Part shown: positions 41,839-53,300 of the stretch, piece by piece
Layout: the number at the start of each line of letters is the position of its first letter
Position numbering within the stretch: the first letter of the stretch is position 1
Source: Octopus vulgaris
Lineage: Eukaryota
Assembly: GCA_951406725.2 (NCBI GenBank)
Contig: OX597825.1
Location: 79,050,001-79,114,000 of the forward strand
Length of the DNA: 64,000 nucleotides
Direction of reading: 5' to 3'
Translations under genes and position numbers: made by a program
Notes under the pieces: generated by a model
Database searches by the model: none
Seen by the model: the letters and a program-made list of their open reading frames with translations, nothing else
What the model was told of the DNA's origin: nothing

Positions 41839-42325
41839 TAGTTTTTATCAATCAATACCTCCCATAAAGTAACTGGTCGCCCTGGACCAAAGTAGAGGAT
41901 AACTGCCCAAGATGCCATAACTAAATACCATGATTCACCATGAGATTTAATTGTAAAATAAACTCTATTCTCTACAGCTGTTTTGAGTTCACATTTTGTG
42001 AATGGCAGGCACAGACATTCCCTCATGTTACATGCATATGAACACATGAACTACCATGCAAAATGTTTTTATATGTCTATCAGAACAGAACAGCTTTAAT
42101 TAGCAACAGAAAATGAATTAATTTATGAATTTTCCATTTGAAATGCACATATGGTTCTGCTACTTATCTGAATGACATTATGGGAAGGTAACTACAGTGC
42201 CTGGGCAATGAAAAATTACCATAATAACCTGCCCAGATGTGTACATTAGGTGTGATCATGCCTTGAGTATAACAGAGACATTAGCTGTGTTCCCAGCTTT
42301 GTCAATCCTGACTTTCTGATGCAGT

Positions 42326-43222
42326 TTAATCCTTCTGATACCAACATACCTTAAACTCCCTGGCTATTATGATACAAATTTCCTGCTTTAAATCAAAAAC
42401 CATCTGCCAAAATTTCATGTTAAGTTCCAAAAAACATCTTAATTATGACAATTATTATATTAAATTCTTCATAATTTAAAAAAAAAATATAGAAACGATG
42501 GCAGTGAATTTAAATAGAAATATGATAACAAAAGGGTTAATATTATTGGTTTCAAATTTAGGTACAAAGCCAGCAATTTGGGGTTAGGAGCAAGTCAATT
42601 ACATCAACCCTAGTGTTCAACTGATACTTATTTTATCGACCCCAAAAGGATGGAAGGCAAAGTTGACCTCAGTGAAATTTGAACTCAGAACATAAAGACA
42701 GTTGGAATGCCTCTAAGCATTTCACCTGACATGCTTACAATTCTGCCAGCTCATTACTTTAACCCTTTTGCATTCAGATTACTCTATCAAATGTAATGCT
42801 TATTGATTCACAGTGTTTTAATTTAATCATACATTATCTTGTAGCTTCACGATTATGATGATGCAATTGTTTTTAGAATGACATTGTAGGGTAGGTGTGA
42901 GGGGTCAGATGTAGCTGGTTTGGACAGAAAACAAATAGAATATTTAGGCTGGATATAGCCTGTTTAAATGCTAAAGGGTTAACGGTTAATATTATTAAAC
43001 AGCAAATAAAGGCAGCAAGCTGGCAGAATGGTTAGCACACTGTGCAAAATGCTTAGTGGCATTTCGTCTGTATGTTCCAAGTTCAAATTCTGCGATAGTC
43101 AACTTTGCCTTCCATCCTTTCGGGGTAGATAAATTAGGCACCAGTCAAGTACTGGGGTCGATGTGGTCAACTATCCCCACTATCCACAAGTTCAAGGCCT
43201 CGTGTCTATAGTAGAAAGGATT
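42326..43222. mobile_element. Cluster: MITE B (42326-42540), Meta-like SINE minus (42545-42758), piggyBac-like MITE A (42759-42982), Meta-like SINE plus (43009-43222)
   Basis: TTAA boundaries and SINE cores visible. The last SINE is flanked by ttattaaacag(c/t)aaata. Confidence 0.8.
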
Positions 43223-44034
43223 ATTAAACAGTAAATACAAAAGAAATGCCACAACCATTCCCCTCCTTCCTCTCTTAGTACATACATAAACAGGAAAATG
43301 GCTGGTGGAAAGTAAATTACTATATACAAGGTCTTGTTTCTTTGTTTAGTTGGGTTTTTTTCCAACCATGAGAAAACATTTAAAAACTAAATCAAGACAC
43401 AATATTTAAATAGAAAACAGCTTAATTCTTTTATCTCATTTTTACTACACCTTTCATACAACTGACTATGAAAGCAGACTGGTTTTAGTGCAGATCTATT
43501 GACTTCTATAGGTCAATGTTTCATGCCATCTTAGATGTAAGCTGAAACTCATTATTTCTCTACAGCCTAACTTGACCCAGCAATATTCGGTCAAATAAGC
43601 ATAAATAAATAAAATAGTAGCATGTGTACAGAGGAGGCAGTGTGAAAAAGTTATCAGAAATGAAATGTTTACAACAGATTTTCTGTATCAATACGGCATC
43701 AGTTGTGCTTATTCTACACAAAATGGTTTCCATGATGCAGTAAAAAAATCACTAATAATAATAATAATAATATCAAAGGATGGTGATATTGTGCTGTTTA
43801 TTCTGCTTCATTTTGAGTTCGCTTCTGCTAACTGAGAAAAAGTAGAAAAAAATCTTCAACATAGATAAGAGAAGCAGATTCAGCACTGCAACACTGTGTC
43901 ATCTTATAAATCAAGACTTACAAAAAGAAATGAAAATATGTGATGATATCGAAGAGAAAAGTAAATAAATGAATAAAGTCTAGATTAACATAACATTCAA
44001 CTTGATGATAACGATAATCACATATGTTCCATAT

Positions 44035-44068
44035 ACATAAATATATATATAAAATTCTGCACTTTCAA

Positions 44069-44115
<47 letters not shown>

Positions 44116-44190
44116 CATTCTGCACTTTCAAAGTTTATATATATACATATATATTTATATATATATATATAACATTCTGCACTTACATCT
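44035..44190. repeat. Three ATTCTGCACTT units separated by (TA)n tracts
   Basis: Seen directly in the sequence. Confidence 0.9.
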
Positions 44191-44298
44191 ATATATATAA
44201 ATATAGATGTATATAGATATATATAGATAGATAGACAGGTAGGCAGACAGATAGATAGATAGATAACACATTCCACACTTCCAAAGTTTGTTATTTAG

Positions 44299-44339
<41 letters not shown>

Positions 44340-44341
44340 TT

Positions 44342-44770
44342 GGGGTAGCGATTTTCTTCACTACTTCAAGGAGTGACAACCCTGCCTGACACGAGTCCCG
44401 GGCTCAGCTGGCTCCGGCTAACAGTACTCGGTATGGGCCCTTATCCAGGGTTACAGAAAGAAGACAATCTTCAAAGAAATCCAGAGTGGAGCCCCGTAGG
44501 CGGTTTAGTGTTCGACTCGACACTCTTCCGGCAGCTCCTGCAACCAAGCTGGTGCCAAACGTAATGCTCTGCACTCCTTTGGACTATGTCAGCAAGGTCG
44601 AGAGGGGAATCCTGACGATTTGGCTACCCAGGATTTTCTTACATCTAGCCCAGGCCTGTGCAAAACTGGAGAGGAAACTGGAGAGGACATGAAATGTAAA
44701 AACCAGACTGGATTACTTAATGCGCAACTCTATTGTCTCCCAAGACAAAAGGATGCCAACAACAATATTG
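44342..44770 (+). mobile_element. GC-rich insert resembling the 5' region of an RTE-like LINE
   Basis: Abrupt GC/CpG-rich block next to (TA)n. The motif ccggcagctcctgcaaccaagctggtgccaaacgta is recalled from RTE-type 5' regions and was not verified. Confidence 0.45.
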
Positions 44771-45511
44771 GGAATGATACACACACACAACAGAATATCT
44801 TTTTCAAATTTAAGCATTTTTTTTAGAGTACTAATAAAAAAAAAATGACATCAATGAAAGGACTGGTTGAACTGATATGAAAATATAAGCTGGATAATGT
44901 TGGGCATCCTTACAATAATACATAAATTAAAATAGCATAGGCAGGAGTTGGGCAGGTTGTAGAAACAGAAATAGAATCAAATATTAATATACGCTGATGT
45001 AGATAATTTATGAAAACCAAGAATAGGATTACAAAGGAAAAAAAAACTCATTTTGGATCAACTTAAGAAAACAAAGTATTTAGAAATTATGGTAAGGCAG
45101 ATAATATTTAAATTAAAAATGAGTTTTTTTTTTATCTCATTTTTGTCATTTGTTCTAGAGAAGAGATGCATTGAAGCAGATTGGTTTTAGAGAAAATATA
45201 TTGGCTTCTAGCAGTCAATGTTTCATAGCATTTTACATGCCTCTTATAACTAAATGAAATTCTTTTAGCATAGATACACATCACTGGTTAAGAATAAAGA
45301 TACACACAGTGAGAAAACCTTCAAATATCAATATATTGAAGAAGAGGGAAAGAAATCTCTTAATCACCTGTATAAGAAATTTCTAGCATATTTAATTAGG
45401 ATCATCTTCCAACGTGCAGAAGCTGTCAAGGACCATTAACATATTGCATTTACAAGATCTTGAGTTAATACTCTGCAAAGTGCCACTTTGTAGTAGACAC
45501 ACTGTCAGTAG

Positions 45512-45800
45512 AGGCACACGGTCTAGTGGTTAGAGCAGTGGACTCGTGGTCGGGGGATCGTGGGTTCGAATCTCAGACTGGGCGATGTGTGTGTTTATGA
45601 GCGAAAACACCTAAGCTCCAAGCGGCTGTGGCAGAAGGTAATGGCAAACTTCTGCTGATTGTTTCGCCACGACTTTCTCTCACTCTTTCCTCCTGCATCT
45701 TGCAGCTCACCTGCGACGGACCGGCATCCTGTCCAGGTGGGGAACCTATACACCAAGAAACCAGCCTTTATGAGCCAGGCATGGCTCAAGAAGGAACAAA
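45512..45800 (+). mobile_element. tRNA-derived SINE with V-domain-like core
   Basis: ggtctagtggttagagcagtggactcg..gggttcgaatctc head and ctgcgacggaccggcatcctgtccagg core. Confidence 0.78.
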
Positions 45801-46082
45801 CAAGACACACTGTCAGCTAAGTGAACTGGAGCAACATGAAATGAAATGCCTCATCCAAGGATACAAATGAACTCATAATCTTAGAAACAGGAGTCCAACA
45901 AGCCTAACCACTAGGCCACATTCAATAATCCATGCAATAAAAACAAAGATAATAGCAGGTGATAGAATTAATAGAGTATCGTACAAAACACCTGGTGGTA
46001 TTTCATTTTGCCCCAGCCAACTTTGCCTTTTAGCCTTCTGGACCCAGTAAAATCAGTACCAGTCATACCAGTCAAGAAATAC

Positions 46083-46195
46083 CTGTGGTTCCCAACCCTT
46101 TTATTTAAATGAGTTTTCCCATGGACCCCTTTTAATATGCTTACCCTTATGTGTATGTCTGTGTGTGCGCGTGGACCCCAGGTTGGGAACCACTG
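46083..46195. mobile_element. hAT-like MITE, 113 bp
   Basis: TIRs CTGTGGTTCCCAACC / GGTTGGGAACCACTG; no clear 8-bp TSD. Confidence 0.65.
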
Positions 46196-46522
46196 AAGGC
46201 AAAGCCCCAGTATGGCCACAGTCCAATGATTGAAGCCACTATAGAGATGCAAAGAGCACAGCTTAATTTATAAGTTCAGTTCATACATAGGCTACATGCC
46301 TACATTTCCAGGAAGTCAAATACCAATACATTTAGATCACACCAGGAACAATATAACATCCTTTGACACATTTATGCTCTCAAATTCTCCAGGCACATGA
46401 AAACACATATAGTGTGAGGCACTGATGGACACAATTTTGCGATGATTTGTCAAGTAATCTTAGTGCATTCGACAGAAACAAATCCATCTCAAACTGACCA
46501 ATGTTTCCAACTGGATTATACT

Positions 46523-46574
46523 ATCAAGCATACATATACAAACTGGTCAGCTAGTTTGTATATGTATGCTTGAT
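46523..46574. other. Perfect 22-bp hairpin
   Basis: atcaagcatacatatacaaact-ggtcagct-agtttgtatatgtatgcttgat. Confidence 0.9.
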
Positions 46575-47035
46575 GTAAAACGCCCTTGGCTGTTATGATG
46601 CAACCGGCTCCTACAGAACAGTGTTCAGGTATGGTTCCAGAACAATCAAGAACATTTACTTAGTCACTTGACTTGCAAGAAATAGCATACTGAAATCATA
46701 CAGTGCTGTCTTAAAATAAGGAAGTACATATTAGAATACACAGTCTTACAAAATTAAAATCTGAAAAAGACAAAATGGACCTTAATTATAGGTCTACTCA
46801 TTCAGGTTGATTTGAGGAACAACAATGAGACTAAGTCATATATTTAATATGTAAGACCTACTGACTCAGGTTTTAAAGCATTTCATCACCTACCTGTGAG
46901 AGTTGACCAAAGCTACATAGTATCAAGCATCAAGCATTTATAAAGAATATATAAAAATACTACAGAAAGAATAAATATACAAACATCAAGGTTTTGATTT
47001 GAAACAAAATAAAAATTAATTTTGGCAAAGGATAC

Positions 47036-47140
47036 TCGTGTTGGAAATGCACGACCTCGCTGTTGTACTAATCCTTGTCTAGAGCGATCACGTGGACCAG
47101 CTCTGCCTTGTTCAATGTCTTTGAGGTTTTGCAGTGCAGT
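47036..47140 (-). CDS. CRTC1: CRTC internal coding exon, probably exon 3; 105 bp, phase 0-0
   Basis: TALQNLKDIEQGRAGPRDRSRQGLVQQRGRAFPTR. Acceptor tatttcttacag, donor gtatcctttg. In frame with both flanking exons, and the Arg-rich segment matches the position of R..RHHGLV.R..R.RGR in vertebrate CRTCs. Confidence 0.88.
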
Positions 47141-48085
47141 CTGTAAGAAATAGAAGGTAAGACAACTTTTTTGTGTGTGTGCCAATTTGAATAAAGTGCA
47201 ATCCTAAGACCTGTTTAATAAATTCTAATCAGGAAAAAATTGTGAAATGCTTAGGTTCATATATTAATATCGTTATCCTATTTTTCTCTGATTTATAAAA
47301 ACTAAAAATTCTTTATATATATATATTAAAATCTAAACAACAAATATACTTTGAACATATGTTACAAAGGTCTCAATACAGCTAGATAAACACTCTCTAA
47401 GACTGAGCACTCCATTTATAATTATGTTGTAGTTATTATGTGTTGATACAAATTCATTCATTTTTTTTATGCTATTCTAGGATACTGATGAATATTGATT
47501 CTCTCATCAATGCTTTTCTGAAATACGAATATCAACAAAATATGTTTGTGTGACAAGGAAGTTGAATCTCTCCCGAGTCTGATATTTTTTGAATTTTATA
47601 ACTAGACCAATGAGAAATATGATTCTTACATAAACTTTTCCATGCTAAGAATCATATATTCATTCACACATAATTATATTACAAAGACACACAGGTTATA
47701 AGTGAGAGTATACATGCTGCAGGTGTTATGTAGTTTCTCTAGAAATGTCTCAGTTCTACATGTGGAGAAATAGCTGCATCTTATGGGAATGTTACCTGCA
47801 ACAAGCAGGTAGTCTATCCAAGAGCTGTTTTATCTATCATCTGCTTAGCACTAATTAATTTATAACTAAGCAACAGCTCATGACGGAGGGGTTGAGGGGA
47901 CATGTAGACACACACACAAATAATGCATCCAGAAATTGTAATGGCAGAATGTGTGTGGATGTGTGTGTGTGTGAAAGAGAGAGATGACTTAGAAGTAGTG
48001 GAATTTCATGAAAGCTCAAGTTCAAATCAATATAATGTTGTAAATATGGAAATAACAAGGATAATGATTTTTCACATTGTGATAT

Positions 48086-48300
48086 TCTTTTCTGCTCTAG
48101 GCACAAGGCCCGAAATTTTGGGGGACGGAGCCAGTCAATTAGATCGACCCCAGTATGCAACTAATACTTAATTTATCAACCCCGAAAGGATGAAAGGCAA
48201 TGTCGACCTCAGCAGAATTTGAACTCAGAACATAAAGACAGGCAAAATCCCGCTTAGTATTTCACCCAACATGCTAACGTTTCTGCCAGCTTGCCGCCTT
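48086..48300 (-). mobile_element. Meta-like SINE
   Basis: Well-preserved reverse copy of the family at 48927-49161. Confidence 0.85.
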
Positions 48301-48926
48301 TTCATTGTAATATTGTTTTATAAATGATGCAAAAGAAATGTATAAATAAAGATCCCAAAATTCGAATGGCTACTGAGCAAAGCCCAGTAAATGTGTGTAT
48401 GAAAAGTACAATCCCCTTTTCTCAGAACATGGAATTAATGAAAAAATTGTGCATTTCCCTTGATGGCAATTCATGTTGATGAGAGAATAGTACCATGTAG
48501 TGTGTAATCCTGGGCCAAATAAAATCACAGTACATACAGTACTTTAATATATTGTTGGCCGTCTCTCAAACTATTGATTACCTATCTCAGATGAAAAATT
48601 ATTCACCCAACAATAAAAGTACATCCAGAAAATGTAGTGTTTGCACAGTAAACACATTCTTGTTATACTCTTTGATACAATTAGAATAATAAACCTGGTG
48701 TGAGAACACCAGGTTAATTAAGCTATCTGCAATAGTAACCATACATTAGCACTGATACTTGTATTTCCCAATGCCCACTCTTAAACTGCATAACTGGTAC
48801 TTCTTGAATATTTAAGTTAATTACCTTAACACCAACTGCCCTAACTATACCCCAAATCACTCAGCTATACAGCTCTGGAAACTGACCTCCCTCTCTGAAT
48901 CTATGAATAAATATATAAAAGTTGAA

Positions 48927-49161
48927 AAAGGCGGCGAGCTGGCAGAAATGTTAGTACGCCAGGCGAAATGCATAGCCATATTTTATTTGCCGTTACGTTC
49001 TGAGTTCAAATTCTGCCGAGGTCGACTTTGCCTTTCATCCTTTCGGGGTCGATAAATTAAGTACCAGTTATGCACTGGGATTGATGTAATCGACTTAATC
49101 CATTTGTCTGTCCTTGTTTGTCCTCTCTGTGTTTAGCCCCTTGTGGGTAGTAAAGAAATAT
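48927..49161 (+). mobile_element. Young Meta-like SINE with 16-bp TSD
   Basis: TSD atatataaaagttgaa at 48911-48926 and 49162-49177, with intact A/B boxes and CpGs. Confidence 0.9.
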
Positions 49162-49784
49162 ATATATAAAAGTTGAATATACTAAGATGTACAACAGTGA
49201 GTATTAATACACTTAAATATACAATGTTCTCAAGTAAGTAAAGAATATTGCACTTTATGCTTACTAACCCCCACTCCAACCCCCCAAAAATTAAAATTTG
49301 GTAAATAAGTATATGTTTAAAACATATATACTTGTTGTGGAATGAATGTTAGTGAAAAAATCCACAAGTTTTTGAGAAAGTAGCATGGGTAATGATACTG
49401 CAGTCACTCAGATATCCATGCTGAGCTGACTAGAACTTAGGGTGTGTACTCAAGATTCCATCCACAGCAAGGCCACATGATTATACGAAATATTTTAGTT
49501 TCTAGGCTATGCTTTATGTACACAGAGAATAGAGAATTAAATTAATATAACTGGATCAGTAATTGTGAAAATATGGAGATGGCTAATGCAAATAAATTTA
49601 CAACCAAGTTGCAACATTTTTTGACATAATTGAAATGAAGAAATATATATATATATATAAATATCAAATATCTTTTCACAATCTGAAATAAAATTGAATC
49701 TGAAAATGTAAATTTTAGACAAATTGTACAGTTTACATTCACTTTTATTATTACTAAAATACCTTGTGCCTACATATTAAACAG

Positions 49785-50380
49785 AACTGATGGAACTTGG
49801 TTGAAAGAACATACAACTGCAAAATAATCTTGCTATATCTTAGTGGGGTCATTCTATACCAATTATAAACACATGCACTGGGTCTGTTTCACTTCTTTTA
49901 TTATTATTATTAGTTAATTAGTTAAAATTTAACTAATCAATTGTTTAATTCTTTGGTCAATCAATCCAATTAAATAATCAATTAATTGACCATGTAATTA
50001 ATTAAACAATTGATTAATTAACTGGTTAAATGGTTAACTAACTGACTAATAATTGTTTCTAATTTTGGCACAAGGCCAACAATTTTGAAGGGAGGATAAG
50101 TCAATTACATCAACCCCAGTGTTTGACTGGTACTTAATTTATTGACCTCAAAAGGATGAAAGGCAAAGTCAACCACAGCGGTATTTGAACTCAGAATGTA
50201 AAGCCAGAAGAAATGCTCAGCATTTTGTCCAGCATGCTAACAATTCTGCCATCTCACCACCTTCAACTGACTAATAATAAAAGAAGTTAAACAGAACCAA
50301 TGCATGTGTTTATTATTAGCATAATGACCCTCCCAAGATACAACGCAATCTGTTTCAACATGTAAAGTTCACATCAAGAA
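49785..50380. mobile_element. Fold-back element interrupted by a Meta-like SINE (50054-50264, minus)
   Basis: Arms ataaacacatgcactgggtctgtttcacttcttttattatta / taataataaaagaagttaaacagaaccaatgcatgtgtttat. SINE TSD aactgactaataat at 50040-50053 and 50265-50278. Confidence 0.85.
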
Positions 50381-53300
50381 TCTTGCAAACCAAACACAAA
50401 ATGAAATATGAAATAATCTGTTTCTAGAATAGATAGGTCACCACTGGTAAATGAGCTTGTATTATGCAAGAAACAGTTTTAGCAAAGCAAAACCAATCTG
50501 TCAGTGTGAGTTGATGTAATTCCAGCTGTTGTAGCATTAAAGCTCACATCACCTCTAGACACCATCGTAACATCTTTTAAAACAAGTTTCCAAAGACAGT
50601 AATTTTGGAAAGAAAGAAAAAGAATAATAAATGAGTTTAGGCAAGTTCTTTCCTTTCTTTCCTCTTTGGTTGACAATGCTAGGTTGTTTCATCACTGACA
50701 ATATATTTACAATCAATAGCAAGAAACATGACAGTTATCTATGAGGGCACGTTAAGTGTTGGTCTACACTTTCATTTTTGCTAAAATGTGAACGTCTTTG
50801 GCAATTTGCACAGATAGCTAGAATCTATGATTCTGTAAATAATTGTAATCATGAAAGTCTTTCATAGTGTAACATTTGATAAAGTGCAAAGTTGGTAAAG
50901 ACAAACTTTCCTAAATTATTGTCAAAAAACATTTCTAAATATTAGCAAAAAAAGATTTTAGGATTGCATGTATCAAAATATTTTTTTTTTAAATGCAACA
51001 AAAACAAGTATTTATATGAATAAATTCAATTGTCAACATAAATCTTTTAAAATTAATGCATTCCAAAACAGAGAAACATAAGACAAATGTTAGTTTTTGA
51101 AGCATTAATAGTGATTTAATGTTAAGCATGTCAAGAGTTTATTCAGAAGCAACAAACAGGATCTGTGAAGAAAGATATGTAAGATTTCATGCAGAAAATA
51201 ATCTTAATTGAATACAACAACCAGTTAATAAAGTTCAGACCGGCCCAACTTTTCCATAAAGTTAGAGAGAAATGGTTTCCAGTTGTCATGCAAGCTAATA
51301 GTTCTTCAAAAGGTTTATTATTTTGAAGGCATGACAACTTGAAAGAGGGTGGTGGGTGGAAATGATGGTTTTGCATACGGTTCCTGAAAGACGGGAAGTT
51401 ACTAAAAATGTAGAAATTGCTAAAATCTAATTTGAAATCTTTCAGAAGAGTTTGGGGAGTAGGAAACATTTCGTGTCCTGTGGTGGAACATTTTTGTACC
51501 ACAACAACAGAATATTTACTTTAAATGACTTTAAATATGTAATGAAACATTTTCCCACCTAGTTTGATTGAATATGGTAGGAATAAATAATTAAGAGAAA
51601 TTTCAAGTCAAAAGAGAAAAAAAAAGTTAATCATTTTCATAAACCACCCACAAAAAAAAGGAGATATGAGAGAAAATCTGAATAGACAGCTGGTTAAGCA
51701 TCAATAAGGATGCATTGCTGAACAAAAATCTACACAAGACAAAGCAAAAGAGAAAGAAAAAGCAGAAAAGAGGAGTGGGGAATAAATGAGGAATGAGTAA
51801 AAGCAGATGGAAATCAAGTCCAATTTCCATAATAGAATTGCACAGTTTTAAGAATTAGGTTTGTTAAGGAGTGAAGAACAGGTTTAGCTGAAATACAAGG
51901 CAAGTCTGTACTGAGGCCAGCAAGCCAAGCCTTGCAGAATTTGGAAGAGCAAGAAGGTCAAAATTAAATTCTTATACACAAACAAAACATGAATTGGTAG
52001 TTTTTTGGGGGTTTTTTTTAACATGGATGGGGATAATTATCTTGCATGTTTATCAATTTCTTGCTTTGCTACAATATAACGACTACGAGAATATACATCC
52101 CTCATTCTCTCATTTCTAAATAAAACATAAGCATGCTTAGTTTGCTTTTAAATCTACAATTAATTATCTTATTTAAGTATAAAATAACCTCAGAACTTAT
52201 GTTTGTTTATAGTTTTCAAAATCAAAGTGTCCATGGCACTAGTGACAACTGCATGAGTTTATGACAAATTAAATCTACATATATTCTGACCTGAGTAAAT
52301 AAAAGAAAGAACCAGGTGCTTTTCATTTAAAGTGATGCAATTGGTACAGATTTCTATAGATAAGATAAAACATGCAAGAGAATCTGTATAACAGGGAAAG
52401 AAATGAGAGAAAAATAAGGGCTTAAGGAATGAGGCAGAAAAGGAGAGCATAACAAGGGAGAGGGGAAGATCAAAAGATAATGGGTGGCAACAGAGGGAGA
52501 CACTTCGAAACAGAGAGACAAGGGAAGAAGTAACATGAATGATGGGAAGAAAAGCATGGGAAAAGTGAGAAGAAGGGAGAGATTAAATGTGAGGACGAGA
52601 AGAGAAGGAAAAAGATATATAGACAGATGGGTGGATGAAGAGGGAGGGATGGATGGAGGGAAAGAATGAAAGATAATGTGGATAGGCTAGGGTGGGGAAA
52701 AGGGATAGATGGGTGGATGGAGAAAGCAGAAATACAAATAGAAGACTGATACTGAAAGAGAAAGTGAAAAATACGTAAATAGTCCAGAGAGAGAGAGAAA
52801 ACAAAAGAATAAAAGAGAGAGAAAAAGTGGAAGTGAAAGCTAGAAGAGAATTAAGAAAATGAGAGATAAAACAAAGAACAGAAGGATTTAAAAGAAATAG
52901 AGAATAAAGAAAGAGTAAAGAGTATGGCAAGGACAGAGAGGTTTTAACGGGGTGTATTTAAAAGGAGGTAGAGCAGCAGTTCCAAATCTGGGTTTCAAAT
53001 TCCCTGAATGGAAAGTGTTAAGGATCTATCAAGTTCAAAATCTGTTGAGTGAACCTTTGAAGCCTGGAGGCTGTAAGAAAATTTCTTTAAATAAAAGGGG
53101 CTTTTGGTAGAGAAAAGTTTGAGAAAACCAGAGATGTACAAAATGACAGGAAGCATAGAGAAGGGTATTTAGAGTATTGTTAGTAACAACAGGGAATTAG
53201 AAATGAAGAGGTTAGTCAAGAGAAAATACAGAGAGAACTGGGGGGGGGACATGGATAAATTTTGTGGGGAGGATAGAAAAACAGAGGAAGATAAAAAGTA

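Larger units (their letters stand above)
31338..47035 (-). other. U12-type (minor spliceosome) GT-AG intron of CRTC, 15,698 bp
   Basis: The 5' splice site GTATCCTTTG (47026-47035) matches the U12 consensus RTATCCTTT. The branch-point-like TTCTTTAAC (31349-31357) ends 11 nt before the exon, with no real polypyrimidine tract between. Confidence 0.88.

Noticed and set aside
45512-45585. tRNA gene
   Set aside because: It has A/B boxes but no proper acceptor stem and runs into a SINE body, so it is a SINE head.
45857-45866. Second U12-like donor GTATCCTTG on the minus strand
   Set aside because: It sits in SINE-derived sequence with no upstream exon and is probably a chance match.
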